Positions 22,921 through 24,510 of a stretch of 24,510 nt of DNA are shown here, piece by piece; the stretch's first letter is position 1, and every line of letters starts with the position of its first letter. The stretch is taken from the IMG/VR virus record IMGVR_UViG_3300017650_000220, positions 1 through 24,510 of that record. One strand, written 5' to 3'. Position numbers and translations under genes: made by a program. The stretch comes from a virus. Lineage: Duplodnaviria; Caudoviricetes. The notes under the pieces were generated by a model, which worked only from the letters and a program-made list of their open reading frames with translations, did not search any database and was not told the origin of the DNA.

Positions 22921-23895
22921 ATGGCCGCTGCACTGATCACGAAACTCATCAAGGATGGTATCGGCGGCTTGCTGCCGCGACGTCTTCTTGATGCCGCTGG
23001 CGATGGCACCGGCCCGTTCGTTGCGATCACGATTCCGGGCAAGGCCGATGGAACTGGCGTTGTCGATATAGAGGCGCTCTCTGCCGCCGAGATTGCCGCG
23101 ATCAATGCCGTCACCGCGACGATCGACAATGGTGTGCCAATCACAGCGGCGGCGCTCCCGCTCCCGACCGGCGCAGCGACCGCTACCGGCGTCTCTGCAG
23201 TCAAAGATGCTGTCGATATCAACACCTCGCAACTGCATGGCGACTTCGGCACCGTTGTCACGATGCTCGGCAATCCGTTGCCACTCCCGACTGGCGCCGC
23301 GACCGATGCCTCGCTCGCATCGATCCTCGCCAAGCTTCCAGCCTCTCCAGCTCTCGACGCATCGATTGGCGGCACGTCCGCTGCGGCTGCCGGAGACACG
23401 GGGGCCTCGACCACCAATGGTTTCCTGCGCTGGCTGCGCGACAAGTTCGCCGCCGGCATCACGCTTGCGGCGGGATCGGCCGTCATCGGCAAGGTCGTGC
23501 AGCAGGTCGCCTCGGCGGATGTCTCCGCGACGAACCCCGTTCCCGTCGGCGGCGCGCAGCTCGTGACGGTGGCGGCGACGATCGCCAGCGGGGGTAGTCT
23601 GTCCGGCGCCGTAGATCTCGGCACGGGCAGGCTTGTCGGCCTGATCATGCCGGCATCCTGGACGACCGCGTCCATCAGCTTTCAGGCCTCGGCCGACGGC
23701 GCGAACTTCTATGATCTTTATGACGACAGCATCGAGCGAGCGATTGCCTCTGGCTCTGCGATCGCCTCTCGGTTCATCGCTTTGTCGCTGTCAGACTGGC
23801 TCGGCGTTCGCGCCATCAAGGTTCGTTCCGGCAGCACATCGGCAGCGGTGAACCAAGGCGCCTCCCGCATCATCACCCTCGTCACGGCGCGCTGA
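22921..23895 (+). CDS. Putative accessory fibre/spike protein with LPLPTGAAT repeats
   Basis: Ala/Gly/Thr-rich; C-terminal beta domain TIASGGSLSGAVDL...LIMPASWT...FQASADG; ATG 22909 is an alternative start. Confidence 0.7.
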   Translation: MAAALITKLIKDGIGGLLPRRLLDAAGDGTGPFVAITIPGKADGTGVVDIEALSAAEIAAINAVTATIDNGVPITAAALPLPTGAATATGVSAVKDAVDINTSQLHGDFGTVVTMLGNPLPLPTGAATDASLASILAKLPASPALDASIGGTSAAAAGDTGASTTNGFLRWLRDKFAAGITLAAGSAVIGKVVQQVASADVSATNPVPVGGAQLVTVAATIASGGSLSGAVDLGTGRLVGLIMPASWTTASISFQASADGANFYDLYDDSIERAIASGSAIASRFIALSLSDWLGVRAIKVRSGSTSAAVNQGASRIITLVTAR

Positions 23896-23898
23896 CCC

Positions 23899-24510
23899 AT
23901 GTCGACGCTTATAGCGCGAAAGCTCAAGGCGCGGCCGACATGGCTGCCCAGAGGCGCCACCGAATGGCTCGATCTCCGCTCCGGCCGCTACTACGCAGCT
24001 GGCAAGCCGCGCGCGACGCTGGATGCGGCGTTCTCTGCAGCTGGGCTGACCTTCGCCCGTGCCAGCCAGGGCGGCTACTTCGGCGGGGGCGGTATCATCG
24101 CCTATGCGGCGGCCGGAACGCCCCGCCTCGACACGCATCCCGCGACGCTGGCGCCGCTCGGCCTGCTGATCGAGCGGGCGATGACGCCGCTCTCGACCAA
24201 TGGCGAGGCGATCGACAACGCCTATTGGTCCAAGGTCAACAACGCCTCCGGAACGCCACTCGCAGACGTCGACATCGCGCCGGACGGCACGACGACCGCG
24301 GACCGCTTCGTGCCCTTCACGGGCAATTCGAGCGCGATCCAGTTCTACCGGACCGTCACCGGCCTGACGACCGGTGTGAAGCACAGTCTCTCGGCCTTCG
24401 CCAAGCCCGACCCGACGGTCGGCATCCGCTATGCCGTCATCGGCATGCTGTTCGGCGGCACGCTGAAATCCGGCTGGGTCGACCTCGTTGCGCAGTCAGC
24501 CGGTAGTACC
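23899..24510 (+). CDS. Head-spike-fibre-like protein, truncated by the window end (absent from the ORF track)
   Basis: 204 open codons: MSTLIARKLK...LTFARASQGGYF...PRLDTHPATLAPLGLLIE...TN...W...APDGTTTAD. Confidence 0.8.
   Translation, partial: MSTLIARKLKARPTWLPRGATEWLDLRSGRYYAAGKPRATLDAAFSAAGLTFARASQGGYFGGGGIIAYAAAGTPRLDTHPATLAPLGLLIERAMTPLSTNGEAIDNAYWSKVNNASGTPLADVDIAPDGTTTADRFVPFTGNSSAIQFYRTVTGLTTGVKHSLSAFAKPDPTVGIRYAVIGMLFGGTLKSGWVDLVAQSAGST

Larger units (their letters stand above)
1549..24510 (+). mobile_element. Prophage/temperate phage virion morphogenesis module (lambda-like head + Mu-like contractile tail); both ends of the element lie outside the window
   Basis: Co-oriented, tightly packed or overlapping terminase, portal, capsid, sheath, tube, tape measure, baseplate and fibre ORFs in canonical order. 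Confidence 0.97.

Noticed and set aside
23940-24506. 188-aa ORF in the track
   Set aside because: Wrong frame; the frame from ATG 23899 is open to the edge and carries recognisable motifs
21421-24510. DGR target or invertible fibre cassette
   Set aside because: No reverse transcriptase, invertase, TR/VR pair or inverted fibre copy in the window; downstream sequence is unseen

Overview
High-GC window (probably an alphaproteobacterial host; inference) covering the late, virion-morphogenesis half of a temperate phage or prophage, almost all on the + strand and apparently intact. Order: small hypothetical gene; an opposite-strand, lower-GC moron encoding a membrane-anchored orphan receiver (REC) protein, flanked on both sides by hairpin-rich non-coding DNA; a displaced gpZ/Ne1-like neck gene; a lambda-type cos region (GGGTCCT, dyad, GGTAACA repeats); lambda-like head genes (TerS, GpA TerL, gpW, portal, ClpP-scaffold-capsid fusion, DUF2190, gpFII-like). 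These are followed by a Mu-like contractile tail (terminator, gp38, sheath, tube, chaperone with -1 frameshift, tape measure with lytic transglycosylase domain, split gpN, gp44-48), a short fibre plus chaperone, and accessory fibre genes running off the right edge. No integrase, lysis cassette, tRNA, CRISPR or reverse transcriptase was seen. All family calls come from motif recognition and synteny, not from database searches. The best candidate for something undescribed is the TM-REC moron with its structured flanks.
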